Assembly (NCBI RefSeq): GCF_000485595.1 | Contig: NW_014577084.1 | Span: 801,730-865,729, forward strand | Length of the DNA stretch: 64,000 nt | Reading direction: 5' to 3' | Source: Priapulus caudatus | Taxonomy: Eukaryota | In this document: positions 11,587 to 26,166 of the stretch, in pieces | Numbering within the stretch: the stretch's first letter is position 1 | How the letters are laid out: every line of letters begins with the position of its first letter | Translations under genes and position numbers: made by a program | The notes under the pieces: generated by a model | The model's input: the letters and a program-made list of their open reading frames with translations, nothing else | Databases searched by the model: none | What the model was told of the DNA's origin: nothing

Positions 11587-14500
11587 TAGATAGATAGAAA
11601 GAGAACGCGCTAAATCAGCGCGCGAGGAAGTACAGCGGAAATCCACCACCGTTCGTAACGCTGGCTAAATACGTCACACATCACGTCATCGCCGACTGCG
11701 CTACTCGCTCGGTCTCCGTGATAAGCTGTGCAGTCGGTCATTTCGGGTCGGTGCGTCGCCCACGGAGAGATTTTTAATGGAGGCACTCACCGACCGCCGA
11801 TCGCATGCGTGCGCGTCTAGCGCATCGGCGCACGCAGATGAGCTAAGCTCTCTGTCCCCGTACTCGGTATATTATAGTTAATGGCCTATCAGCACTGATG
11901 CGTTTGCGTGATCGCATCAGCTGCGTGACGCGCTCTCTCATGTTCTCAGTGCGCAATCCGTCTGCGCACCGGGGGCGCCACTGTCAGGTTGTGTCGTATG
12001 ACAAGGCCGCGTGATGGCGCGGCTTGACGTAATAGCTCACGTGCGCGTGGTTAACATAGCTCATTGAAGACGTGTTTCGCAAGCGTGCACTCTCGACTTC
12101 TCGACGTGATGCGGCCATGATGCCGAGGCTCGCCGAGGATTGACACTTTGTGTATTCCAATCACAGCCGACGCCGCACCAGTCTTTTATATTTTTAAATA
12201 TGGGGACCCATTAGACCACCAAATCGCCGATCTCAGGAACTAAGGCATTCTGCTATGTTAGAACGGTTTCCTACGATAGAGTTTGCGACAAATACGAAAA
12301 TAACACGCTGTTTAGCCCACTGCGCTACGTCCTTCTATCGCATTTTCGCATCTTCGTTATCAGAATAAGCCCCGCCTTCTTCGTTGATGGGCATGAATGG
12401 GGCGTCACCGACGTGACCAGTTACTGTACCTACTGTCTTTCGCCAGTCTGTTTACTTTTCGTTAATAATGAAATGCCCGGCCGATGCATTTCGCATCGAA
12501 GTGAAAAATTTTCGAGATTTTCACTCGCTGTCGGAAGTGAACGAATGCGTCATTCATTGAACATTGAAGTTTTTCTTCAAATTAAATAATTCCGAAAATC
12601 CCTAACCGCGCTACTCGATTGTTTTAGCTAATGAACGTAGCTGTGTGTGTGTGTGTGTGTGTTACGTCTTGCCCGCGCGCTTTATGCTTGGCTTAGCGGT
12701 CCTCGAAATGAATATCGGAGGCAGGCACCTCGCAACACGCGTGTTTGTTTACATATAGCTTTGTGACGTACGGTGTTCTGGAGTTCTGCGATGATGGCCT
12801 CGTAATTTCTCAGCATTTCTTAAGGTGCATGGAACATTTTACCAATTTAGTGGTGTCAGTTAGTCCCGGATATGTCACAGTAAGTACTAACCGTATATGT
12901 TTCACATACGTTCACCTATTTTGCACACAAGCGGTCGATCATTGTGAAAAATTGTGTGCATTTTTATTTCTATTGAGACGTTCCAAGTGCCTGTGCTTTC
13001 AACAATCTTGTACGTCAATGCACGTACGTCAAACGCCACAATCTCAACACAATTTTATCTCTGTTATTGTTTACGCCCGAATGCGTGATTGATCAGGGAG
13101 GGGGTGCATGTAAGAGGGAGACATTTTCTTTGGGGTTCCGAAAATGGAATTTTCTTTGGAATTCCACTTGACAATTTCATGGGTCATTTCAATTGGAAGC
13201 TCTGCATAATAGACCCCCAACAAGCCCTTTGACTGACTAGTCAAGAAATTCAAAGGTTTGTATATTGCTCTTATTTAGCCGCCGATAGTTCTTATTTAGA
13301 ACAAAGTCTTCATTGTTATCTTCTAAAACTACAGACCATCCGCTGACCGCTGTGGAGACGTGCGCCGGGCCTCGAATCTGGCGCACGTCTCCACTGCGGA
13401 CAGCGCTTCATACTTGAACATCCCCGCGGTCGCGTGCGCAAATTCCGCGGAACTGCGCGTCTCATCCGCGCGCAGCGCTCAGGATCAACAGCAAAGCGGT
13501 GCCACGCAATCTTGTATCATGTCTTTCTGGATTGGAGAGTTTAGTAGAAATAAATCGGAAGGAAACAACCGTGTGGCCAGTAATTGCGGCGGATGATCAG
13601 TGTCGACATCATGGGTATAGAGGCCTCGTAGTGTATATATATATCAATCACCGGGCTAGATCTAATAGACGAATTACACGGGCGCACAGGACTTGGCTTG
13701 CGATATCGACCGGTGAGTGAATCAGTGGCAGTGCAAATGCTAGCTTTATAAAGTATATATCCGCCATAGTGGAATTCGCCGGTAGATGGCGTCTATAGAC
13801 AGCAGGGTTGAATGAGCAAGAGACAAAAATTGAAAATACTTAAAAGATTTAAGGACATACGCAACATAAACTTTATTCCTGGTAATTAAAACTAGATTTA
13901 ACGCCAAAAATGTTCAGATGATGCACATATCTAGCAGGATTTGGTGGTTCTGTTTCTACGGTTATACCCGATTACCATATTCATTTCACTGACAGAACGT
14001 TTCGGCAATAATTTTTCCACATAACCTGCTTTACTTTGCATGCATTTGAGACGTCTATAAGATAATTTACGTGAAAAATGCTGAATAGTGAACTCTAAGT
14101 TCTCTTTAGTCGAATATTGCCGCACAGAAACTAAGAAACCTTTTTTACGAATACCTAATGTAAAATTGTGAACAAATGCCGGAAGGCTGCTATTGCGTGC
14201 CTCCCAAAGACTGCCAAAATGGCAGCGATCACCACGTAATCATTTGATAGCGGGTCGACAGTAACGCGACAGTGACACACTCTACATGCTCTATTATATT
14301 TTCCCTTTTTTACTGTTTTCTCATGTTTTTTCCCTATAGATTTTGTTTCGATTCACCGTGCATCCGCGAGATAAAAGAGTTGTTTTTTCATCCGGCTTTT
14401 CAGTCCCCTGATTTAAACCTTGTAAAGATCTAAGAGTAAATATATTTTACGATTAAATTCGTTTATTTATTTAATATGTTGATCTATAATAGCGCATAAA

Positions 14501-14740
14501 TTATTTGTGTATTGCTCTATAAAAATTAGATTCGCTACAAATGACGTACTATGGATGAATCATAGTCTGAAAATACATAAATAGTCATATAGAAATTTAT
14601 TTGAATCGTAAAATTCCTCGTAAAAAAACTCGCTATAGCCGCCAGACAATTATATTGCAATTTTAAAAATTCTATCGTACTAAGTAGACTGAAGCATTCC
14701 CTCACACGCCGTTCTTTCACGCTCTCTCTCTCTCTCGCAG

Positions 14741-15770
14741 GTAACCTTCTCGTGATCTTCGTCATTCTACGCAACCGGCGCATGCGCACCGTCACCAACT
14801 ACTTCCTCGCCAACCTGGCGATCGCCGACTTCTGCGTCGGCGTCTTCTGCGTGCTCCCGGTCATGTACTACCAGCTGTGGTACTACTGGCCGCTGGGCGA
14901 CGTGCTGTGTCGCGTCTACGTGTTCATGTCGGGCGCGTCGTATACCGCTTCCATCCTCATACTGATGACGGTCTCCGTTGAACGCTTCCTCGCCGTCAAC
15001 TACCCGATGAAAGTGAAGCAGATCATCACGCCGCGTCGGCTGCACGTTGCCACCGTCATCATCTGGGGCGTCGCCGTCGTCAACAACGTGCCGAAGACGC
15101 TCATGTTCGGACTCGTCGACTACGGCGGCTTGTATCTGTGCCTCATCGACCCGTCGTTCAACGTAAACGCCTACGACGCCGTCAACTTCTGTCTCTGGTA
15201 CGTCGTGCCGCTGGCCATCATCAGCGGCTTATACACGAAGATCGGCATCACGCTCTGGCGAAGCTCGACCACCGCCAGAGGGTGCTGCGCCGCGCTCGTA
15301 CCGCGCCGGTGGCGCAGTGTAGACTCGGCTGTTTACTACGCACCGCCGTCGGCGCTGCGCGCGCACCACACGGTCGAGCTGGACGCAGCACTTCGCGGAA
15401 AACCCGGCGCGACGACGACGCCGACGACGTCGTCGAATCACATGACAACGCGCGCGGAGAAGCGACAAATCAACATGCCGACGACGGGCTATAACTCGGT
15501 GTCGCGGCCGTCGGCCACGATGTCGTCGTCGGCGTCGGCCGTGCCGCCCTACTGCTGCTGTAGCGTGTCGAACCTGAGCGACGAGTCATTGGACAGGACC
15601 AAGCTGCCCGTGTCTCAACCTACGGGATCTACTCAGGGGCTGTCCAGCTGGGATGCGACGCTGGTGGTAAACATTAGTGACAGCCCGGCCTCCTCGCACG
15701 CCAGCGACTCAGACCACTCAACACACGAGCAACGACAGCAGCATGAACATCGTCACGGACGGCAGCAGCA

Positions 15771-15806
<36 letters not shown>

Positions 15807-15948
15807 ACAAGAATATCAGCAGCACCAACAACAGGAGCAGCAAAAACAGCAAAAACAGCACCATCAGCAGCAACAACAACAGCGATGTCAGCTACAGAAA
15901 CATCAGCAGCAGCAAGAACGAGACGGATCCGGATCCCAGCAACAGCAA

Positions 15949-15987
<39 letters not shown>

Positions 15988-16899
15988 CCTCATGAATGTC
16001 AGCAACAACAACATCAGCAACAACAGCAGCATCATCATCATCAGCAGCAGCAGCAGGAACAACAACAACAGCAACAACAGCACCAACAGCATAATCATCA
16101 CCACCAGCAGCAACATCAGCAACCACAACAGCATAATCATCATCACCACCAGCTGCAGCAACAACAGCAGCCACAACAGCATATCGAGCATCAGGCACAT
16201 TGTTCAGTGAGTCGGCTCAGCTCGGTAGCAACGGTCGGCATCGACGCCAGGACGTCGGACGAGGAGTACAGCGACAGCACGCCACCAGCAGCCGCTAGTG
16301 CCAGCCACGACAGCACCCACTCAAAACTCGACATTGACCACAGCTACGACTCGCCGATCTTCCAGCGAAACAACGCGAAACTCGATCTCGACAACAGTTT
16401 CGACTCGCAGGACTTTCGCAAGCCCGCCGCGGCCGCCGCGGCCGCCGTCGCCGCATCGCCGCCACCGCCGACGGCGACGCAGCCGAAACCGGCGTCAAAC
16501 CAGCTGCGCATGCGCAGGAACGACGCCGACCCGGCGAATTCGGTGAACATGAAGCGGCGGCGCGTCATTCGTCTGCTGGTCGCCATCATCCTTGCGTTCG
16601 CTCTCTCCGTGCTGCCCTACCACGTGTACGTTCTGCACATCATCATGAAGCCGCCGGCGCGCTACAGCGACGCCGAAAACTACTACTACGCCCTCTTGCG
16701 GCCGATCGTCTTTCTGCTGCTTTACTCGAACAGCGCCATCAATCCGGCGCTGTACGCGTTCATGTCGAACAACTTCCGCGCAAGCGCGCGCGAGGCCTTC
16801 CGCAGACGAGACGCCGCCGGCGCCAGCCGATGCGCGAGCTACCCGGTCAACGCCACCTATCGGAGCGTATCGTACGCGATGACGGCACATCAGGTGTAG
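14741..16899 (+). CDS. Rhodopsin-class neuropeptide GPCR, trissin-receptor-like; terminal exon covering the end of TM1 to the C-terminus (N-terminal exon not found)
   Basis: A pyrimidine-rich acceptor (ctctctcgcag) at 14740 opens phase-1 (G)NLLVIFVILRNRRMRTVTNYFLANLAIADFCVGVFCV. Further motifs: WPLG..LC; YTASILIL..VSVERF (DRY variant); TM6 FALSVLPYH; TM7 NSAINPALY; helix 8 MSNNFR. Several match insect trissin receptors as I recall them. Confidence 0.9.
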
Positions 16900-17005
16900 T
16901 CGGCAGTGCGTAAGCGTTTGTGTGTGTGTGTGTGGGGGGGGGTGAGGCTGCATGTGCGTGTGTGTGGGAGGAGTGCTTTCCCTGTTTTCCCGTCAGTGGT
17001 GTGCG

Positions 17006-17048
<43 letters not shown>

Positions 17049-19254
17049 GTGTGTGTGTCTGTGTGTGTGTGTGCCGCGCGCGCGCGTAAGAGTATGTATG
17101 CGTGTGAGTGTGGTTGCGGGCGGGCACGTGTGTTATTGTTTTTCGCACCGCGTTAGTAGATGATTCTATATGACTAGATTAATACCCACACGCTGTCATG
17201 GGAGGATTACGGTAATATTGGTTCAGCAATATCCAGAGGAATATTATATTACCTACGTAATAAAATGTGAGCAAATCCACTAGGTGTCATACGCTTGCAT
17301 TCTCATTACAACTACGCGTAATGGAAGTGTCAACGACGAGGTTAGCTGATTGACATTCACGAAATAATGATCCGCGTGTAATTTCGGCTCACATGGTCCA
17401 CGCTGTATAAACTATGGGTGACGTGTTCAAGGTGCTCGACAATGATCAGTGTCACCTAGCTTGCTTAGTTAGATGAAGCGCTTATTTTAAATCGCGTCTT
17501 CAGTCCACTTTACCTAGATCCGTGTGTGAGAGATGACCACGTGTTTCGCGTGTTTTCCATGTGTTTTCCACGTGTTTTTAACGTGCGCATAAATTATTTT
17601 TGACATTGCGACACGTCGTTGTCAAGCAACGTCGTTTCGACCTTTCTGTGGAAGTGATCGCCTAGATGCTGTCAATCATACGAGGTCGATAAACCAATCG
17701 TATCCTTTCTATAATATCATAAGTAAGGGTCAGTGGAGTTTCATTTATTTACTACGCGTCATTTCCACTTCTCTTTGCATGATTCTGGTATGACATATTT
17801 GAGATAAAGTTTCCAACAGAGGACAATATCTACAACAGCAACAACGATAGAGACAGAAATAAGGGTACCGACGACGCTGACGACGATCACGACGACAACG
17901 ACGACAACAACAACAATGACGTCAGCAACAATAATAAGAACAGCGGCAGCGAATGCAAAAACAACAACAAACAACAAGCATGCCATCTGTATAACTTTCA
18001 TCTTTACATTCTTATCTATACTAGCTAATATAGATACATCATATGCACATCGCAAACCTCCTATAATATAATGTATGTAGTGGTTGGTGCGCCTTTCTAA
18101 GATGAATCGAAATAATGTATGAGTACGAATTGTAGCCGATCAGCATGACATATTGAACTCTTTTTCTAAAAGATGTCGCTAGCAGTATTATATTAGGGGT
18201 TAAGAATGACAAAGGCTCATTGAGAAACGCTCATCGAAAACGGGTCATTATTAAACCCCAATTAAATCGTTTCATGATACAGAAATCACATTGCGCACTT
18301 CGCGCCAGTAAATCACAACAAATTTACATATTATGTAGGATTGGTTGCTCAAGTTCGTCTGTATATATAGGCGCTGTGCAACAGTAGAGGGCGTTAATAG
18401 GCAGCTGGCTTGAATAAGCATCGAACCGAAATTAATTAAAAATACTGAGAGAGTTTCGTCGCATACACAACATACACTTTATTCATGTTAAATAATTACA
18501 GATTCAAGGCCTAAACTCTGCTCGAAACTTTTGCCAGCTAAATGATGCGCATTTCTAGAAATTAGTTTGATACCGTTTCAAACACAAAAATGGAGGACCG
18601 GTCACCATGGCTACAATTACACGACAAGACCAATCTCACATCTCATGCTTTCTTGGCGTCCACGAGGCATAATGCAAGTCCTTGCGTGCATAATGCAAAT
18701 TACTGCACTCTAGTGCCGAATTTTACCGCAAAAATGTAAATGAAGGCGTTTTTCAGAGACGAATTAGTGCAACGTTTGTGAACAATTGGCGGAAGGCTAC
18801 TGTTTTAGCCACTTAGTTGTATGCCACTTATATATTCATACTCAGCTCACCATACGGTGTTGGCAGTAAAAATGTGTACACTGCTCACTAAGCGCAGTAG
18901 ACTTTGTGACGAAGTCGCGAATATGACGTGTTCGGGAGCCTATATATATATACAATATTCTGTGGATTAAAATGTTTTTCTATTTTATGAAATTACATTT
19001 TAAATTTAACAAATAACGTTCGGAAGTAAATATTATGACTGATGTTGTACCTTCTCTTTATATATAAAGAAATATTTATTTATTTAGTTAGTTATTTATA
19101 AATTATATATATAAGAGTCGAAGACATGTGAAAAGTCTCTATAAGTCTCTACCTGTGCTGAAAGTTAATTACATTGCAAAAATATGTATTATTAGCATTT
19201 AGCAATTATATGTATTAGGTATTAAAAGTTGTATTCAAAGTATTCAATTACGCA

Positions 19255-19930
19255 AATTGTGCTTTCCTACAAGACATAACATTTTGTTTCAGAAGTAGGA
19301 TTACTCCATCTAAATCAGTTATGGAAGCTACCGAGTAGTTGCCACATCCAAAAATATGTTGAACAGTTTTAAGCTTTTATGGGGAAAAACAAACTACAAT
19401 GGCCGTCATATAGCCAATCTGTCAGAAAAGGCTAGACCGATTTATGCTCTCCTAGGAAAAGATGCGAAATTTGAATAGAAACAAGCACAACAGCAAGCTT
19501 TCCAACTGCTTAAATATGTAGGCAATTCATGCAACACACGTGACACATTATGATGACTCCAAGCCCCTCATCCTAGCAACTGACAAATCGCAGCATGAAA
19601 TAGGAGTTTTGGCAGAGTAAAATACCCCCATTTCACGCGCATATAGAAGGCCTTGAACAATCATCAAGTAAAATATTCTTAGATAGGAAAAGAAGCTCTC
19701 TCAATCATTTGTGGATTAAAAAATTTGAGTCAATTCTTGTATAGTAGAAAGTTTACGCTGAAATCAGACGCCAAGCCTTTTGTCATTTTCTCTTGGCAGA
19801 AATACTACAGTACTGTCAGCGCAAATGCTTCAGCGCTGGGCAATTACTATTGTGTCCTACCTGTTCGACATTTCACTAGAAACGTAAATGCACGCACTAT
19901 AACGCGGATGCGCTGTCGCGCTTACCTATC
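19255..19930 (+). mobile_element. Degenerate Ty3/Gypsy LTR-retrotransposon pol fragment (RT C-terminus / RNase H)
   Basis: Broken frames read CAFLQD, THYDDSKPLILATDKSQHEIGV, KYS*IGKEALSIICGLKNLSQFLYSRKFTLKSDAKP and LQRWAI, with stops and frameshifts. Confidence 0.8.
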
Positions 19931-20116
19931 GAATCAGACGATGTTTTGCTATGAGGGAGGAAAGTGAACGCATATCGAAATTGCGCATGCCATCACGGAA
20001 GCGTTGAATAATTCTCTTGTGCGGTGAAGTCGCATGATGTCAGCGTCGAGCTGAGCAGTAAGACACGCGCATAGAGGATGGTCATAACACTCGATAGCCA
20101 CGGTCAGGATACCATC

Positions 20117-22107
20117 AAAATCGTTCAAAATGTGAAAAAAGTGTGAAAATTGGTACACTTGCATACGTTTGTATATTCTTTCATTTAAAGACAGGGCACA
20201 CGCGATCCAACGACAACTTCGGCCGCCATAGTGAATTCAAAATGGCCGCCGTCATTTCTTAGAAAATAGCTATCTCGGTTAATAATCTTCGTACAGACTT
20301 GAAAATTGACTGACAGACGTAATTTGGGTTACTATTTTATACAACAACGTGATGCATGTGATCCAAGGGCGTTTTTGGCCACCATCTTGGATTCAAAATG
20401 GCCACCATAAAAATTACAAACTTAGCACTATTTCCGTTCACGGAAGATAGATAAGAGACGTGAAAATTTGCAGACTGGCGCAGGTTAATAAGCTCTTTCA
20501 TATTAAAACAAGGCACACAAGTTCCAATTATAATTACAGCGGCCATATTGAATTCAACATGGCCGCCATCACATTTTACTCTGTACTTCAAAATGATCAA
20601 TGACATAGTATAACAGATACAAACAAACATGGTGAAAATGTTGATTTACCGGTTTTTCTCAGTATATAACAAACACAATGTCAAACTTATGTTACACAAT
20701 GTCAACTGGCAATCCCCAGTGTGAGAGAGAGATAATTCAAGACAACAAGTTGTAGTATTGTATATACAGTATACAGTATATATATAGTACATATATATAG
20801 TATTGTATATACAGTACACAAGAACATGCATGGCAAGCTAAATAATACTTTGTTCAAGTTAAACAAATGTCTCGAGACTGCATTGTCCCAGATTGTCACT
20901 CAGTGCGGTAACATGTACCTGCACAAACACAAATATAGTACTTGTATGTAAAGTATAGTATCTGTTATGTGCGTGCGTTCTCGCGGGCGTATCGCTATCT
21001 GTTATGCGCGTGCGTTCTCGCGCGCGTATATAGGTACCTGTTATGCGCGTGCGTTCTCGCGGGCGTATAGGTACCTGTTATGCGCGTGCGTTCTCGCGGG
21101 CGTATATAGGTACCTGTTATGTGCGCGCGTTCTCGCGGGCGTATAGGTACCTGTTATGTGCGTGCGTTCTCGCGGGCGTATAGCTATCTGTTATGTGCGT
21201 GCGTGCGTGCTCGCGCGCGTGAGTTTTGAACTGCTTGTGTACACGTCGCGTTAAAATGCGTGTTTTTCCATCGTTTCCAACGCGTGTTGGATACGGCACG
21301 TGTCGACTTGGCCGGCTGGGTATTAACCTGCGCCAGTCTGCAAATTTTCACGTCTCTATATCTTCCGTGAACGGAAATATTGCTAAGTTTGTAATTTTTA
21401 TGGCGGCCATTTTGAATCCAAGATGGTGGCCAAAAACGCCCTTGGATCACATGCATCACGTTGTTGTATGAAATAGTAACCCAAATTACGTCTGTCAGCC
21501 AATTTTCAAGTCTGTACGAAGATTATTAACCGAGATATAGCTATTTTTTAAGAAATGACGGCGGCTATTTTGAATCCAATATGGTGGCCGAAAACGCCTT
21601 TGGATCACATGCATCACGTTGTTGTATAAAATAGTAACCCAAATTACGTCTGTCAGTCAATTTTCAAGTCTGTACGAAGATTATTAACCACAGGTATAGC
21701 TATAAATTATTTTAAGAAATAACGGCGGCCATTTTGAATCCAAAATGGTGGCCGAAAACGCCCTTGAATCACATGCATCACGTTGTTGTATGAAATAGTA
21801 ACCCAAATTACGTCTGTCAGTCAATTTTCAAGTCTGTACGAAGATTATTAACCGAGATATAGCTATTTCACGTTGTTGTATGAAATAGTAACCCAAATTA
21901 CGTCTGTCAGTCAATTTTCAAGTCTGTACGAAGATTATTAACCGAGATATAGCTATTTTTTAAGAAATAACGGCGGCCATTTTTGAATTCAAGATGGCGG
22001 CCGAAGTTGTAGTTGGATCGCGTGTGTCCTGTCTTTAAATGAAAGAGCATACAAAAGTAGGCAAGTGTACCAATTTTCATACTTTTTTTCACATTTTGAA
22101 CGATTTT
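20117..22107. mobile_element. ~2-kb foldback element with long inverted arms, internal ~135-bp tandem units and a ~29-bp minisatellite
   Basis: 20117-20490 is the reverse complement of segments in 21320-22107 (AAAATCGTTCAAAATGTGAAAAAAG / CTTTTTTTCACATTTTGAACGATTTT). A minisatellite CTGTTATGCGCGTGCGTTCTCGCGGGCGTA lies at 20960-21200. Confidence 0.8.
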
Positions 22108-22427
22108 TTTCTAATCTACTGTACTACGTGTGACACGCACTTAATACGTTTCGGTAACCGGTAATACGTTTCGGTAACCCCGCTGGAGGTGATATCTCTT
22201 TTCAGTTGCGACCTACCGAGTTCCTACCTACCTACTGCTCCATTTCGAGTTTTTAAATTGTTGTAGTTAAAGTTTTTAATTACACAAGCTGTGCTTTCCT
22301 ACAAGACGTAACAGAGGGTACAGAGAATATGCGAAGGACAGTCTGCGGGCAGGAAGAAAACTGTATGACAATCATGCACCCAGCGCTACCTTTGTAACGT
22401 GTGTGTGCGTGTGTGTGTGTGTGTGTC

Positions 22428-22507
<80 letters not shown>

Positions 22508-22544
22508 GTTNNNNNNNNNNTGTGTGGGTGTGTGTGGGTGTGTC

Positions 22545-22592
<48 letters not shown>

Positions 22593-24958
22593 TGTGTGGG
22601 TGTGTGTGTGTGTATTTATGCACACATATGTCGGAACGGAGAGCTACATTAGTAGAGCCCCGCTTGACCGTACACCCCTCTAGCCATACAGCGAATTCCG
22701 CCATAGTCACTATAGTGTGTATATCCACTCAACTGTAATTTGCTTACAGACGCAACCCGCACAACACGTACTCTTCGTCGCTATATTACAATTAACAAGC
22801 TGCCTGTAGCGACAGAAGCACTCACCGCTATACACGCAGGTTGGAACAAGTAAGATCAGAATTCCCTATTATCTACTTCCTGTAAGATGAAGACGTCCGG
22901 CCCGTAATACTGCCACTGATATACAGAACGCGTGTGCGCGCCTTATCAGATGCACATGCACTTCTATTAGCCGGTGCAGGTGGAATAGTCAAAAATAATT
23001 ACTCACGTTCTCATCCGCCAGGCTGACTTGACAACACCCAGGTCAGCATGATCCTTCGCTGACGACACCCGATTCGCGTACGGTTTGCTGCGTGCTGAGC
23101 GACGAGTGGCCAAATCTGAGAGACGACAGCAGCAGAGCGCATTAATCCGCTTGCTTGATATCAAGGTGATGTACGCGCAGTCGCGCACTGCGTGTGTTGC
23201 GCAGTAAATGCGAGTAATGCGAGACAGTCTGACGAGACCTGTGTGGGTGTGACGGGTACAAAAGCCATGGCTGAATCAGAGCATATGAATCAACTATTAT
23301 ATATGCTCTATTTGATATGTTGATTTATATGCTCTGGGCGAATCTAGGATGCGAGCTAAGAGTAATTGAGGCGATTGCGTTTGTGCTGAAATGTGAGGTA
23401 GAATAATATGTAGTTACACATCGTGACAAAATATACGCACTCCTGCAATTAAAACACGCATGATCACTTTTCCCCATAAAACCTTTGTCTAAAACCATCC
23501 TGCTGGTTGAAGGTTAATATAGGTGAGTGTTAAATTACCCTACTATCGGTTGTAAAAACAGGTACCGCTTGGCCCTTACTCCCAGTTTTCGAATGTGACT
23601 TTTAAAAAAACATCCCTATTTTCTCAGATTATTCATTAAATTTTTTAGTCAAATGATATACATTTTCTTTGAATATAAGAACACATACACGTACGTGTTT
23701 TTCTTCGGTATCCCCCACTTCCTTAATGAGAGGCGATTGTGGTAAGTGAAATAAAAGACGCAAAATTCTGATGCACGTAATAAAGACGTGTTAGCTGCAC
23801 TTTGTGTAACACACTCTGACTCATAGGGAAAGCTTTCTGACAAAACTTAAAATGGTGCTACTGATGTAAGATATATACAATGTCTACCCGGCTACAACAG
23901 CTACCCGGCGACACATCAGCGGCTTTCTGCGCCGACTGAATGCCGTCACCGCGTCATTTTGTGTGCGACAACATATAAAATGTCTAACTGACGAAATCTG
24001 AATACTGAAACCAAATACACGAATAGGACTATAACAAAATACTAGTTTCATTATCCACACGCCCGCACGCACACGCACACACAAACGCACACACACACAC
24101 ACACACACGCACACACACACTAGCATGCATCACTTAACAAGGACATAGATATATGATGCATATCACGGATGCGGTTACGATTTATGAATGTTTATTCATG
24201 CATAGAACTGTATATAAATGAAAATCTGAAAAAACATGACTCAATAAAGCATTTCCATGATTTTATTTTGAAAACCAGAGAATAATGGAACATTGTCGCG
24301 TTTCCGCGACGGTGTTCACTTCCAACAGCACGGAGAAATCATGATCACAACGTCTACGGCATGATTTACAAATTAGCACCGAGGATAATAGGACCTATAG
24401 TTACTTTCCAGGTAAATGAATCTACAATTTATATGACACTGCCTACTCTGATTCCTTATGAATCAATGCTGAAGAAAAGAAGCTCTGCCAGAAAAGAACC
24501 TCTATGAGTTAGTGTCTGTTGGCAAAATTGTTTCACTGCATCGTTACAGTCGTAGTTATATGGTATTACTAAGAACTGCAATTATTTTATACAACAGGAG
24601 AGCCTGGTCAATTTTCAAAACCACCTATATATTCATATAGTTTCTACACGTTATATAGTATAGCTATAACAGGTATATGTACATTTCACATGTATTTAAA
24701 TACACATACACACACATGCAGAATATCCGTGTGCACTGCACATCCACGCTCATACACACTCATTATTACCGTATATACACCAAACCACGACCAAAGACAC
24801 CCAAGATCGAAAGGTGTTGATTTAACACCTATTTTTTACTGCTAACAAGCACTGCTATAGATACAGTAGTGTCAATTTTCCAGCACTTGGCAGTGACTGC
24901 AATTCAGTACGCCTGGAATGGAATGGGTTGCGTGGAGTGAATCGGCTGGTGTAGCTGA

Positions 24959-25054
24959 TCAGCAGACCGACTGCATGACAAGTACCTGTCCTATATCATC
25001 ATACTCGTACGTCCTCTTTAGGAATGTATCAGTGACCCTGATTCCAGATATACT
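24959..25054 (-). CDS. TRAPPC13: TRAPPC13 exon 10 (last): [31 protein letters not shown]
   Basis: Acceptor ttttacag, phase 0; matches the conserved C-terminus [24 protein letters not shown] at 24959-24961. Confidence 0.93.
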   Translation of the reverse strand, partial: SISGIRVTDTFLKRTYEYDDIGQVLVMQSVC

Positions 25055-25372
25055 CTGTAAAATCAGCGTAAATGTGCACATGCATTACTTTTGGCTAAAT
25101 TCCAATTGCAATTAGACAAATGTAAACACACATTGCATAGATTTTTCTACAGCGTTTATGGAAAGTTATATCAAAGTCATATAAATGTTGGAGTACTGCT
25201 GTCGGTGAAATATTCAATATGAATGCAAAACTACATTATGATCCCGACTACTTGGTATTCAAAGATAATAAGTCAAAATGATATATGCTGTTGCATACCT
25301 ACATTCCTCGCCATTTTATCAGATGCTAGCAAAAGCAAGTAATGACAAGCTAATAGTTACTAGACACTTTAC

Positions 25373-25526
25373 CTGCAGTCCTGGTTTTGTATATAGAATT
25401 TTCAGATTTAGCTCCATGCTACTATTTGCTTCCAATCTACCAAGTTGCTTATTTGCTATGCCACACCATAGCAACCCTATCTGGTGGTAGTTTTGTAACG
25501 ATAAACCGAGCTCCATAGTTCGTTCA
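25373..25526 (-). CDS. TRAPPC13: TRAPPC13 exon 9: ERTMELGLSLQN...LLWCGIANKQLGRL...PGLQ
   Basis: Acceptor ctctttgcag (phase 2), donor CAG|gtaaag; conserved ERTM, WCGI..QLG.L and GLQ. Confidence 0.92.
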
Positions 25527-26166
25527 CTGCAAAGAGAGATGGCATGTTACTGCTCTAACATTACATAAGGTTCCAACTACACTACATATTTTGGCATTTA
25601 CTGAATTTAGTATAAATTTTCATAATAGTTTGCTGGAAGCAGAATGGACACCAGGATGACTATCAATGGACAAGTCTTTATTTTATAGTAGTGGATATGC
25701 AACAAGACTTGAGAAAGAGCTAACCTTTTTTACTTTAATAATACCCATTATATAGCCATGGGATGTAATATTTATTTAAAAACTACCCAGTACTTTTGTG
25801 AAACTAAGACACTGCCCTGCTTAATGATATATGAAGCCAACTAATCACCTTTAAAGAGAGACATGACCCTAGGTTCCTTGCATATATTCAGTTAAAATGG
25901 GTTTAAATTATGCTACATTAAAAAATTGTTAAAAAATCATTAGAAATATTTTTTTTTAATGTTTTAAAACTGACAGCTACGACGATGGTGGCGCCACCAC
26001 AAGTGCATCGACTGAAAAAGATGTGCAGCGTAGATGCATGCTACCTACCAAGGGTGTTTTTTATTTACTCATTTAAGAGGAGAAGGATTGCGATAACTTG
26101 TAAACCACTCTTAGTTTCAGTTATTATAGAAACGAATTTGTTCTAAAATAAAAATCGTTTGATTAA

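Noticed and set aside
15674..16210. Alternative-frame and antisense ORFs (poly-S/N, poly-L, poly-A/V)
   Set aside because: They are shadows of the CAG/CAA repeat in the GPCR exon.
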